The notes under the pieces were generated by a model. The model did no database searches and had not been told where the DNA came from. It saw only the letters and a list, made by a program, of their open reading frames with translations. The translations under genes and the position numbers were made by a program. From Thermoprotei archaeon (GTDB taxonomy: Archaea; Thermoproteota; Thermoprotei; Thermoproteales; B15-G16): a stretch of 64,000 bases of DNA. Shown in pieces: positions 19,929 through 29,307 of this stretch; the first letter of the stretch is position 1; each line of letters starts with the position of its first letter. The DNA lies in assembly GCA_003649205.1 (NCBI GenBank), contig QMRC01000005.1:32001-96000 (forward strand), read 5' to 3'.

Positions 19929-20267
19929 CTACGACTCGAGGATTGCAGCTAGCTCCTGTAGCTTGTCTGGTGAGTTGACCAGTAATAAATTCCAGAGTGG
20001 TGAGTCCTTTGTGACCCCGTATATTCTACCTCTACTCGTTTCCTTAATTATCTTCACGTAACCTCTCTTCACTAGATACTCCAGGTACTCCTTAACCGCT
20101 AGTGTTAGGGCTTTACCATTTCTGTAGTTGCTAGGTGCTATTGCCTTAGCTATCTTCGCAGCTCTAAACGTTACTAAGCTTCCTCTTGAGTTTAGAATTT
20201 GTTCACGTATGAATGAAAGGGTCTTCACCCTGACGTCTCTAGCTAACATGTGTTTTGTGGCCCCCAT
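19929..20267 (-). CDS. Basic winged-helix-like DNA-binding protein
   Basis: LEYLVKRGYVKIIKETSRGRIY wing pattern. Confidence 0.6.
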   Translation of the reverse strand: MGATKHMLARDVRVKTLSFIREQILNSRGSLVTFRAAKIAKAIAPSNYRNGKALTLAVKEYLEYLVKRGYVKIIKETSRGRIYGVTKDSPLWNLLLVNSPDKLQELAAILES

Positions 20268-20332
20268 ACCGAGACCCAGACCATGAATTAGCTTGTTATA
20301 AGTTTTCCTATGTTAGACCTATGTTGCCTAAC

Positions 20333-20887
20333 TTAGCTCCTACTAGTCAGTTCCTTAATCAGTTCTTCTGAGGTCACTATTCTTGCCTTCAGAGCTACCT
20401 CCATTATCTTGAGTGCTGCCTCATGGAGTTCAGAGGATGTACTTGCTGTGCAGTCTCTCACCACTACTACTTTGAATCCCCTCATGAATGCATCAGCTGC
20501 TGTGAAGAGTACGCAGATGTTCGTTAGTATTCCAGTTACTATAACTTCTTCAATACCTAGCTCCCTAAGGACCATCTCTAGATCTGTTCCGTAGAATCCT
20601 GAGTACCTCCTCTTCCTAACAATAATGTCGCCCCTCTCAGGCTTAAGCTCATCAACTACCTCACTACCCCTTGTACCCTCTACACAGTGCTTAGGCCAGA
20701 TAGAGAATTCCCAATCAAATTCTCTATGACTATCACACACATACACTATCGGTATCTTAGCTCTCCTAGCTTCCTCAAGAAGCTTCTTTAACTTCGGTAC
20801 TATGTCTCTAGCTTTTGGTACCTCAAGTGGTGCTCCAGGTTCGAGAAAGTCTCTAAGCATATCAATTACTAAGATACATCTCTTCAC
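20333..20887 (-). CDS. Isochorismatase/nicotinamidase family cysteine hydrolase
   Basis: VIDMLRDF, DSH, WPKHC, KRRYSGF, GILTNICV. Confidence 0.92.
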   Translation of the reverse strand: MKRCILVIDMLRDFLEPGAPLEVPKARDIVPKLKKLLEEARRAKIPIVYVCDSHREFDWEFSIWPKHCVEGTRGSEVVDELKPERGDIIVRKRRYSGFYGTDLEMVLRELGIEEVIVTGILTNICVLFTAADAFMRGFKVVVVRDCTASTSSELHEAALKIMEVALKARIVTSEELIKELTSRS

Positions 20888-20958
20888 ACATCCTCACCAG
20901 TTCTGTAGGTTAGGTGGTCGTAGTAGTAAAGCTTACTGAGTCAGATCTACTGTACTCT

Positions 20959-21708
20959 CTAGTACACAGGTACATCGTAGTACCTTGGGTAGTAAATTAC
21001 GTACCTTCTCAATCTTCTCCTTCTAAATCTGAATGGGAGAGCTGCTATCATACCGAAGAGAAAACCACCGATATGAGCCCAAAAAGCTACACCTGAAAAG
21101 TAGCCATAGGCTATCGATAGTGTACCCATTAATAGCTGGTATATGAACCAGAGACCTAGAAACACGTACGCTGGTACAGTTATCACGACTGGAAAGAAGA
21201 AGTAGAATGTCAACACCCTGACGCCAGCTAGCGGATATAGTACGAAGTACGCACCTAGTATACCGGAGATAGCACCTGAAGCACCAACACAAGGTATGTA
21301 CCTTGGATCAGCAGCTCTAGTAAATGGCACAGCTATTGGTCTAGCAAAATTATACACAACGAATATGTGCATGAACGCTGCAGCAATTCCAGATAGTATG
21401 TAGAAGAGTAGGTACGTTGCTCTACCCATTTTCGCCTCTACGTTATCACCAAATATGTACAGATACACCATATTACCGACTAAATGCAGTAGCCCTCCAT
21501 GTATGAACATTGAAGTTATTAACGTGTACAGCCTCTCACCCCTAACTATGTAGGCAGGTATCATACCATACTTCATGACAATACTGTAGAAGAACTTCGT
21601 ACCACCACTCATCATGTAGATGAATACCAATACATTTAGGAATATGAGAAACCAAGTAACTACGGGTACTTTCCTAACCCTTAACGTATCACCTACTGGA
21701 ATAGTCAC
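20959..21708 (-). CDS. Rhomboid intramembrane serine protease
   Basis: HLVGNM, GASGAISG, AHIGG. Confidence 0.93.
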   Translation of the reverse strand: MTIPVGDTLRVRKVPVVTWFLIFLNVLVFIYMMSGGTKFFYSIVMKYGMIPAYIVRGERLYTLITSMFIHGGLLHLVGNMVYLYIFGDNVEAKMGRATYLLFYILSGIAAAFMHIFVVYNFARPIAVPFTRAADPRYIPCVGASGAISGILGAYFVLYPLAGVRVLTFYFFFPVVITVPAYVFLGLWFIYQLLMGTLSIAYGYFSGVAFWAHIGGFLFGMIAALPFRFRRRRLRRYVIYYPRYYDVPVY

Positions 21709-22507
21709 GTAAGATCCCCTTAATCAGTGGTAGAACTGACTTAATAATCTCTACCCTACCAGCAACAAGACGCAACCTAGTATTCTCCACAAGAGGTACA
21801 TATCCAATGTCTTCACCAAGTACATCAACAAACTGTACACCCAATTCCCTACAGATCACGTACGGAGCAGCTACATCAGTTAATCTCAACCTATTTCTCA
21901 AATCAATGAACAAGGTAATGGAGCCAAGACCTACTAGAAGTAACTCGAGAGCAACACAACCAAGATGTCTAATCTTGACGCTACCAAGTAACTCACCTAG
22001 CTTACGCACTAAGAGCTCATAACCATGCTCAAGGTAGAGAGACACAATAGAAACATCACAACCTGAGGAAACTACCCTAAGACCCCTAACAACAACCTCT
22101 CTACCTCTCACAACCCAAACTTCAAACCTAGGGTAAATACCAATCACAACACCTACATCGAGATCACACAACCTACTACCACGTCCATACGCAACAGATA
22201 CACAACAGGCAGGTATCCCAAGTACGTAGTTGGTACTACCATCTAGAGGATCGACAACAGCAACATCACTCCTACCATCCCTCAAAACGAGGAGTCCTCT
22301 ATCCTCAGTAATCAACCTACCAACACCAAGCTCACGAAAGTACTCAATCACTAAGCTCTCAGCAACTAAATCAATACCCCAAATAACGTCACCACACCTC
22401 TCAAACACCTTAGTCCTCATAGAGGGCAATCCCTGAAGCTCACGAATTTTATCAGCAACATCCCTACATACAGAAACCAAGTCATCTACCTCAAGCCTAC
22501 ACATCAA
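21689..22507 (-). CDS. Inositol monophosphatase / FBPase family protein
   Basis: LITED, VVDPLDGSTN, RLTDVAA. Confidence 0.85.
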   Translation of the reverse strand: MMCRLEVDDLVSVCRDVADKIRELQGLPSMRTKVFERCGDVIWGIDLVAESLVIEYFRELGVGRLITEDRGLLVLRDGRSDVAVVDPLDGSTNYVLGIPACCVSVAYGRGSRLCDLDVGVVIGIYPRFEVWVVRGREVVVRGLRVVSSGCDVSIVSLYLEHGYELLVRKLGELLGSVKIRHLGCVALELLLVGLGSITLFIDLRNRLRLTDVAAPYVICRELGVQFVDVLGEDIGYVPLVENTRLRLVAGRVEIIKSVLPLIKGILRDYSSR

Positions 22508-22557
22508 TAAGGCAGTAGTGTGTAAGGTTAAAAGATGTTAGTGCTCAGTACTCACGT

Positions 22558-23064
22558 ATGCACACTCTCGAATTTAGGGAGAGTGGGTTGCTAGTTAGGG
22601 ATAGAGCATTGATCTCTAGGCTCTACTCTCAGGGATATGGTGAGTTACTAGGTAATGAACTACTGCTACTACCTGTTGAGGTCATGTACCTAGCTGAGAG
22701 GGGTGTACTCGATAAGGAGCTGTTTCTCAAGGTACTTAAGACGTATGTCACTAGTGATCCTGATCTCTGGGTTAAGTACCTCGTATACCGCGATCTAAGG
22801 TCTAGAGGCTACGTTGTTAAAGGGGGTTCAAGTCGAGTAGACTTTAGACTTTACGAGCGTGGTGGTTGGAAGAGAGGTCAACCAGCTAAGTACTACGTCA
22901 AGGTATTGATTGAAGGTAGGAGAATTGACTTAGATGAACTAGTTCAGTGTGTGAATGAGGCTTTGAGAGTTAGGAAGGAGCTTATTTTAGCAATAGTTGA
23001 CTCACTTGGTACAGTCTCATACTATAGGGTTGAGGTAATTCCACCTGAGAGTAAGTTAATCTAA
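22558..23064 (+). CDS. tRNA-splicing endonuclease, probably structural (beta) subunit
   Basis: LLPVEVMYL, YLVYRDLRSRGY, RKELILAIVD...VSYY; catalytic His region absent. Confidence 0.8.
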   Translation: MHTLEFRESGLLVRDRALISRLYSQGYGELLGNELLLLPVEVMYLAERGVLDKELFLKVLKTYVTSDPDLWVKYLVYRDLRSRGYVVKGGSSRVDFRLYERGGWKRGQPAKYYVKVLIEGRRIDLDELVQCVNEALRVRKELILAIVDSLGTVSYYRVEVIPPESKLI

Positions 23065-23124
23065 CTATGGAGAAAGTAGATACATTTACTAAGGACCTCT
23101 TCCCTATGACCTCAGTGATCTAGA

Positions 23125-23415
23125 ATGCTATCCATGCAGGACATAGTCAAGCTACAGAAATACGCTCGCGAAAACAACCTCAAGATCGTGATTTACCTGA
23201 AGAAGAGTAGGTACAGGATCCAAATCAGCAATTTCATACATGCTCTAGATCCTGAAGGAAAGGTAACTGAGTGGAGTAGAGCATTTGGCTCTCAAACACC
23301 AAGTGATGTTCTTCAATCACATGGAATCTCACGTGTAGAGATAAGGTATTCGGATGGGAGTACCAAGAACTTGAGTCCAAAGGACCTCAAGTCACTGGTA
23401 AAAGCTCTACCCTAA
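23125..23415 (+). CDS. Hypothetical protein
   Basis: 96-aa ORF with protein-like composition. Confidence 0.6.
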   Translation: MLSMQDIVKLQKYARENNLKIVIYLKKSRYRIQISNFIHALDPEGKVTEWSRAFGSQTPSDVLQSHGISRVEIRYSDGSTKNLSPKDLKSLVKALP

Positions 23416-23520
23416 GCACTTATCATTTGACGAAGAACCTATGATTAACTTTAATATAGAAGCCCTAAGCCAGCACTGTGGGAGCTACGTATCCAATACG
23501 TCCTTAAGCCAAGGGTAGAT

Positions 23521-24342
23521 ATGGGGGTTTCAGATGTGTCATTTACTACAGTTGGTTTAGATCTGTCTAGACTAGCTTACATACCCAACAGAAGGGTGTA
23601 TGCTCTCTCAATAGTAGCTAGTAAGAGGCCCAGCATAATTGCTGATGTCAGTTCGGTATTTGCTAAGTACGGTGTAGACATTCTGTACTTCATATCCTCG
23701 ACAGTCTATATAAATACGGATGTTATGTCAGCTGTTGTCTTTGCTGATTTCACTGACTCAGGAATATCACCTAGTAAATTAGTCCAGGAATTGAAGGAAT
23801 TAAATGGTGTAATGAGTGTTGAGGTCCTTGAGGAGATAGTTCCTGGATTGGTAGTTGATTCGTATCACTACCCACTTATGGTTGGTGGTTTTAGAGCTAT
23901 AGTGATACCTGAATTCACTATTCGTGGGTGGATACATAGCTTTAGAGTAAAACACGGTATTGCTGCTGAGGTTGTGCTGTGGCATGAAGGTTATGTTACA
24001 GGTTTCACTATATTTGAAGAACTTAGGAAGATTATGAAGGGTGTGAAGCTAGATAAGTTGATAACCATTTTCCTGAAGCTTGCTCAAGGTCTTGGATGGT
24101 TTATTGGTGAAATTACCGAGCTTAATTTCGTTAAGTCATCTGCAACGATAAGGGTATATGATTCATTCGAGTGTCTTATCGGTAAGAGGGAAGGAGTTAA
24201 CAGAGCATATAGTCACTTTGTTAGGGGTCTTTTCTCGGGATTTTTCACTGCTCTCTTCGGTAAGGAGGTTGTTGCTGTTGAGACTCAGTGCATAGCTAAG
24301 GGAGATCCGTACTGTGTTTTCGTAGTTAGGCCTAGGTCCTAA
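23521..24342 (+). CDS. ACT + V4R domain small-molecule-binding protein
   Basis: N-terminal ACT-like RPSIIADVSSVF; C-terminal DSFEC, SHFVRG, ETQCIAKGDPYCVF. Confidence 0.85.
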   Translation: MGVSDVSFTTVGLDLSRLAYIPNRRVYALSIVASKRPSIIADVSSVFAKYGVDILYFISSTVYINTDVMSAVVFADFTDSGISPSKLVQELKELNGVMSVEVLEEIVPGLVVDSYHYPLMVGGFRAIVIPEFTIRGWIHSFRVKHGIAAEVVLWHEGYVTGFTIFEELRKIMKGVKLDKLITIFLKLAQGLGWFIGEITELNFVKSSATIRVYDSFECLIGKREGVNRAYSHFVRGLFSGFFTALFGKEVVAVETQCIAKGDPYCVFVVRPRS

Positions 24343-24450
24343 GAGCTCTAATCAGATATGGCGAGACTCTTCACCACTCTGCACTCGGCAAATTCATCAT
24401 CTATCTCACGTGAGTAAGTTTAAACTCAGTACTTTTCTTAGACTTTACGG

Positions 24451-25443
24451 GTGTTCCTAATGTACATTAAGCTTTTTCTCGGAATGGTGGGGACAGCGCT
24501 AGCGATACTACTCGTCACAGCCCTAGGCATTGGCTTTATACTCTATGCGCTGGGTGCATTTAGCTTCACAGCACTCCTCATATACACAGTAGGTATTGGC
24601 GTACTTCAGTGGCTATTTGCCCCTGCAGTAATTGAGTTGGTTTACAGTGTTAGAGAAGCTGACCCCACTAGGTACTCGTGGCTTCATGAAATAGTTGAGG
24701 ATCTATCGAGGAAGAGCGGTATTAGAAAGCCTAAGGTTATGATAGCCGATATCCCTGTACCTAATGCATTTGCTTACGGTTCACCACTGTATGGTAATAG
24801 AGTAGCTGTTACTCGTGGTCTTCTCAATGTATTGAGTAGAGATGAGATTGCTGCTGTACTAGGTCACGAAATAGGTCATCTAAAGCATAGAGATGTTCAG
24901 GTCATGACCTTCGCAACCATACTTCCTGCAATATTCTTACTACTAGCTAGGTACCTCTTCTGGTGGAGCTTCTGGGTTCCTGTAGCTGAGGAGAGAGAAG
25001 AGAGAGGTGCTACACCACTAATTCTTGTAGCGGTAATTGTTGGTGTAATAGGTTTCCTCCTGAACTTACTTGTATTGGGTTTAAGTAGGTTAAGGGAATA
25101 CTATGCTGATTACCATAGTGCATTAGTTGTTAGGGGTGGTGCGAGAAAGCTACAGCTAGCATTGGCTAAGATTGTTACCTCGACAGCAAGGGTGGTATCT
25201 CATAGACCTGAAATACTGTCTCACCTATCTCCATTTAGGGCGCTCTTCATTACTGACCCAAATAGAGCTGTCGAGGAGAGTGAGGCACTAGCTGAGTACT
25301 CTAGGGAGTGGTTTATTGTCGAACGGTTGAAAAGGAGGAGATTGACGCTCATGGATCAATTAATGGAGCTATTCTCCACACACCCACACATAGTCAAGAG
25401 GTTGAGAGCACTAGATGAGATTGCTAAAGAGCTTGGTCAGTAA
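24451..25443 (+). CDS. htpX: HtpX zinc metalloprotease (M48)
   Basis: PNAFAYG, HEIGH, SRLREYYAD, FSTHP. Confidence 0.93.
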   Translation: MFLMYIKLFLGMVGTALAILLVTALGIGFILYALGAFSFTALLIYTVGIGVLQWLFAPAVIELVYSVREADPTRYSWLHEIVEDLSRKSGIRKPKVMIADIPVPNAFAYGSPLYGNRVAVTRGLLNVLSRDEIAAVLGHEIGHLKHRDVQVMTFATILPAIFLLLARYLFWWSFWVPVAEEREERGATPLILVAVIVGVIGFLLNLLVLGLSRLREYYADYHSALVVRGGARKLQLALAKIVTSTARVVSHRPEILSHLSPFRALFITDPNRAVEESEALAEYSREWFIVERLKRRRLTLMDQLMELFSTHPHIVKRLRALDEIAKELGQ

Positions 25444-25606
25444 TCGGAGAAAGCAATATGCCTTAAATACTAGTCCTCAATTTTTCCACATGTGATGAAT
25501 TTGGCTACAACTGATTGGTGAAGAACGTCGGAAATGCTGATCAGCTACGGCCGCTCTCTTCACTTCAAATCTGCTTAAAGGAATTTCATCACCATACCCT
25601 CAATAG

Positions 25607-26527
25607 CTATCTCCTTAATAAACTTCTCAACTCACAGACCTTACATACATCACCTGAAGTAGGTTCACCACAGTACTTACACGTCGATAACCTATACTCT
25701 CTGTATAGCTCTCTTAGAGCATACGTAATGAAATGTTTTGCTGCAAGTAATCTCCACTTTGTACCGGGTCTCGTTATCTCGAGCTTGTTCACCATCTTCC
25801 TAATCCAGTACCTGCCTGAGTACTTAGCGTAGGGGCATTCAGGCCATGGTACGTATATTTCATTCAGCACAGCGTACATGGCTGTCTCAGCTTCAAGACA
25901 GTAGTACAGTGGTTTGATTCTAGGCACAAACTTCTCGTGGTAGAGGTACTCCGTAATTTGTCCCTCTCTGACTAAGTTAGGTAAATTACCTCGTATGAGG
26001 TTCATCAGAAATACCTGAACCTCATCATCTAGGTTATGTCCAGTAGCTACCTTCGTTGCACCGAGCTCCCTAGCTACTCTGTTAACTATGTACCTCCTGA
26101 AAACACCGCATACAGTACATGGCTTAAGTCCACGACTCATGTACTCAGCAACAACTTCATCAAAGTCAAATCCAAAGTACTCTCTAAAGCTAACGACGTG
26201 ATACTCTAGGTCCCTCTGTTCACAGAACCTCTTGAGCACCTTGATTACCTCTCCCTTTCTCCCTCTAATTCCCTCAATAACTGTGAGTGCGATTACCTTG
26301 ATGCCTAGCTCTCTGGAGTACTTACTCAGTATGTGGAGAACAGTCGTACTATCCTTACCACCTGAAACACATACTAGAACTACATCACCTCTCTTAACCA
26401 TTGAGTAATTCCGAAGGGTTGACAATACTTTCCTCTCAATATAGTTCACGAAACAGGATCTACAGAGGGCTAGCTTGCTAGGGTACCTAAACACAACATC
26501 CTTTGAACCACATAGTGTACATCGCAT
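25607..26527 (-). CDS. ttuA: tRNA 2-thiolation protein TtuA/NcsA
   Basis: Terminal zinc fingers, SGGKDS, PCTVCGVFRR, GHNLDDE, CPYA. Confidence 0.9.
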   Translation of the reverse strand: MRCTLCGSKDVVFRYPSKLALCRSCFVNYIERKVLSTLRNYSMVKRGDVVLVCVSGGKDSTTVLHILSKYSRELGIKVIALTVIEGIRGRKGEVIKVLKRFCEQRDLEYHVVSFREYFGFDFDEVVAEYMSRGLKPCTVCGVFRRYIVNRVARELGATKVATGHNLDDEVQVFLMNLIRGNLPNLVREGQITEYLYHEKFVPRIKPLYYCLEAETAMYAVLNEIYVPWPECPYAKYSGRYWIRKMVNKLEITRPGTKWRLLAAKHFITYALRELYREYRLSTCKYCGEPTSGDVCKVCELRSLLRR

Positions 26528-26730
26528 TACGCTCCTCTCGTTATTGGCTGTACTACTATCTCAGTCTCCTCGTTGATGGGCTCCTCCTTCGGTACTACTC
26601 TACCATTGATGAGCGTAACAACTTCAAGGGGGTTGATCCTAAGGCTGAGTAGTAGCTCAGAGATCTTGGTACCAGGACGTACATCGAGTACGTAGGTACC
26701 TCTCCTAACGTGTCTAACCACTACTCTCAT
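26527..26730 (-). CDS. Ubiquitin-like sulfur carrier (ThiS/MoaD/TtuB/SAMP) ending in RGA
   Basis: Beta-grasp pattern (VVTLING, IVVQPITRGA); TAATG-coupled to ttuA. Confidence 0.8.
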   Translation of the reverse strand: MRVVVRHVRRGTYVLDVRPGTKISELLLSLRINPLEVVTLINGRVVPKEEPINEETEIVVQPITRGA

Positions 26731-26764
26731 CTACTATACCCCACAGTATCTCTATGGTGATGTC

Positions 26765-27520
26765 ATGGGTTTAAGCATTGTGTTAACTCACGATGTTGAT
26801 TCAGTGAGAAAGCCAATAAGTCACGTATTGAGAGTATGGAGGAGATTTCGTACAGTTGATTTGATCAAGCACCTACTTCACCTTACGAATCTCTACAACA
26901 ATATTGAGGATCTTATGAGGATTGAGGATAGTTGTGGCGTTCGTTCTACCATTTTCTTCCCTGTATCTCTGTTCCCCATTGAGGAGGTACTGGATTCAGT
27001 ACGTATCCTACAGCGAGGAGGTTGGGAAATTGGTCTTCATGTAGTGATCGAACCGATTCAGACTGTAGCTCTAGTTCGTCAACAGTACGATCTGTTTACA
27101 TTTGTGACAGGTGTGAAACCTCTTGGTGTGAGGTCTCATTACTTAATCTTCCGTAGAGAACTGGTACCTGTCTACCGTGAGTTGGGCATAGTCTACGACT
27201 CAACATTAAGAGTTGAGGAGTCTAAGTCCTTTGACCCCTTTTCACTTGAGGACCTAATTGAGTTGCCTATTGCTGTCATGGATGCTGATCTCTTTGGTAG
27301 ATATAGACTGAGTGAAGAGGTAGCATTACGCTACATCTATAGACGTATTGAAGAGGCTAAGGATGTGGGTGCTAAGTACTTCACTATACTATTTCATCAA
27401 GAATCCCTGAGGATGAGAGGAGGAAGAATTTATTCTCGATTGGTTAAGGAGCTAAGTCAGAGATTTAGTGTTGTTCGCTGTATTGATGTAGTTAAGGAGG
27501 TTAGGGGCTATGTCAAGTGA
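26765..27520 (+). CDS. Polysaccharide deacetylase-family protein
   Basis: LTHDVD, EIGLH, GVRSHYL, YDST, MD, ILFH. Confidence 0.85.
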   Translation: MGLSIVLTHDVDSVRKPISHVLRVWRRFRTVDLIKHLLHLTNLYNNIEDLMRIEDSCGVRSTIFFPVSLFPIEEVLDSVRILQRGGWEIGLHVVIEPIQTVALVRQQYDLFTFVTGVKPLGVRSHYLIFRRELVPVYRELGIVYDSTLRVEESKSFDPFSLEDLIELPIAVMDADLFGRYRLSEEVALRYIYRRIEEAKDVGAKYFTILFHQESLRMRGGRIYSRLVKELSQRFSVVRCIDVVKEVRGYVK

Positions 27521-28601
27521 TCGAAGGGTACGTAGGGTACTGGTTACAGGTGCTGGTGGTGTTGGTGGTGTTAATTTCGTTAGAGCACTACGTGCTTCAC
27601 CTGAGAAATTCTTTGTTGTTGGTACTGACTACAATGAGTACTACCTCTTGTTTCCTGAAGTTGATGTCAGAGTGAAGTCGCCTAGACACGATGATCCTAA
27701 GTTCATCACCTTGATCAAGTCGCTAGTTAGCGAGTACTGTATTGAGTTTATTCATCCACAACCTGAGGTAGAGGTTGAGGTACTGTCTCAGTACGTACAT
27801 GAGCTTGGAGCAAGAACTCTAATCCCTCCATCAGATACTGTTAAGGTGTGTCGTGATAAGTACCTCACATATCTCAAACTCAAGAAATGTGGTATTCCCG
27901 TACCTGAGACATACCTGGTGACTAACCTAGATGAAGTCGATAGAGTTGTCAAGGATCTCGGTGGTAGGGTTTGGGTTAGAGCCAGGAAAGGTGCTGGTGG
28001 TAGGCTAAGTCTACCTTGTACTTCAAGTACTGAGGTTAAGCTGTGGATTGAGCTGTGGAGTAGAAGAGGTATCCCCATAGAGGACTTCATAGTTCAGGAG
28101 TACCTACCAGGTAGGGATCTTGCCTGGGATAGTCTGTGGTACAACGGTGAGCTCATTATGTCATTTGTTCGTGAAAGGATTCACTACATATTCCCCCACA
28201 TATCCCCATCTAGAGTTACAGGAACACCAACAGTATCCAAGATAGTTAGGTACGATAAAGTCAATGAGATATGCGTAAGAGCGGTTAAGGCGCTCTGTGA
28301 TAAACCTCAGGGTTTCTTCTGTATTGACCTCAAGGAAGATTCAGAAGGTAATCCACGCATAACTGAAGTTAACATAAAGGCTCACACAACAGTTGGTCTC
28401 TGGTCCTTCGTAGCCTCAAGAGTACTGAAGTTACCTCCCTACTATAACATGGTCTACACGTACGTGAAGTTAGGTCTTGGGGATGAAGTTCCTCTAAGTG
28501 AGATACCGAAGTTTGACATCTACCCTGAGATAACGCTACTGAGACACATAGATTGTGGTGTTTGGATCATAAAGAATGGAGAGAAAATTAGGGTTCTATG
28601 A
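27510..28601 (+). CDS. ATP-grasp ligase (carbamoyl-phosphate-synthase-like)
   Basis: VLVTGAGG, CRDKYLTY, VQEYLPG, CIDLKED...ITEVN. Confidence 0.85.
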   Translation: MSSDRRVRRVLVTGAGGVGGVNFVRALRASPEKFFVVGTDYNEYYLLFPEVDVRVKSPRHDDPKFITLIKSLVSEYCIEFIHPQPEVEVEVLSQYVHELGARTLIPPSDTVKVCRDKYLTYLKLKKCGIPVPETYLVTNLDEVDRVVKDLGGRVWVRARKGAGGRLSLPCTSSTEVKLWIELWSRRGIPIEDFIVQEYLPGRDLAWDSLWYNGELIMSFVRERIHYIFPHISPSRVTGTPTVSKIVRYDKVNEICVRAVKALCDKPQGFFCIDLKEDSEGNPRITEVNIKAHTTVGLWSFVASRVLKLPPYYNMVYTYVKLGLGDEVPLSEIPKFDIYPEITLLRHIDCGVWIIKNGEKIRVL

Positions 28602-28622
28602 ACTTGCCAAGTAGTTACGGTA

Positions 28623-29300
28623 CTACGAGACACCAAGTGCTCTATCACCAGCATCTCCTAGACCTGGAACAATGTAACCCCTCTCATCTAACTTCTCATC
28701 TATAGCAGCTGTGAAGACTTCAACTGGGTACTTTGAGAGTACCCTCTCTATAGCTAGTCTCGTTGATATCACGGTGATGAGGATACATCTCCTAGGTTTA
28801 CCACGCTTGTATACTTCCTCCAGTACTCTCAACATGGTACATCCAGTAGCGAACATTGGATCAGCAACTATAGTCACTGTATCATTTAAGTCATTTGGAA
28901 GCTTTATGTAATTCATCTCTATATCAAATACGTAGTCAGGAGCTGCAATCCCCTTCTCAACTCTACGAGCACTAACAATACCAATTCTAGCCTTTGGAAA
29001 TACCTTCAGTAGACCCTCAACAAGTGGTATTGCTGCTCGTAGAACATTGACTATAACAACTCTATCTAAATCCTTTATCTTGACCCCCTTTGCTTTTGAT
29101 AGAGGAGTCTCAATGAGTACTTCCTCAACATCGAATGTCCTCAGTACTTCATAACCTAGGTACGTACCTATCTCACTTAACTTCGTCCTAAATACTTCAG
29201 GCGGTGTATCCTTATTTCTTAATACTGTAAGTATTTCCTGCACCAGAGGGTGGATTATGATCTTTACCCTACCACCATACTCTTCCCTGAATGGAAGCAC
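28623..29300 (-). CDS. upp: Uracil phosphoribosyltransferase
   Basis: VLRAA, DPMFATG, YIVPGLGDAGDR. Confidence 0.95.
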   Translation of the reverse strand: MLPFREEYGGRVKIIIHPLVQEILTVLRNKDTPPEVFRTKLSEIGTYLGYEVLRTFDVEEVLIETPLSKAKGVKIKDLDRVVIVNVLRAAIPLVEGLLKVFPKARIGIVSARRVEKGIAAPDYVFDIEMNYIKLPNDLNDTVTIVADPMFATGCTMLRVLEEVYKRGKPRRCILITVISTRLAIERVLSKYPVEVFTAAIDEKLDERGYIVPGLGDAGDRALGVS

Positions 29301-29307
29301 AGAACCC

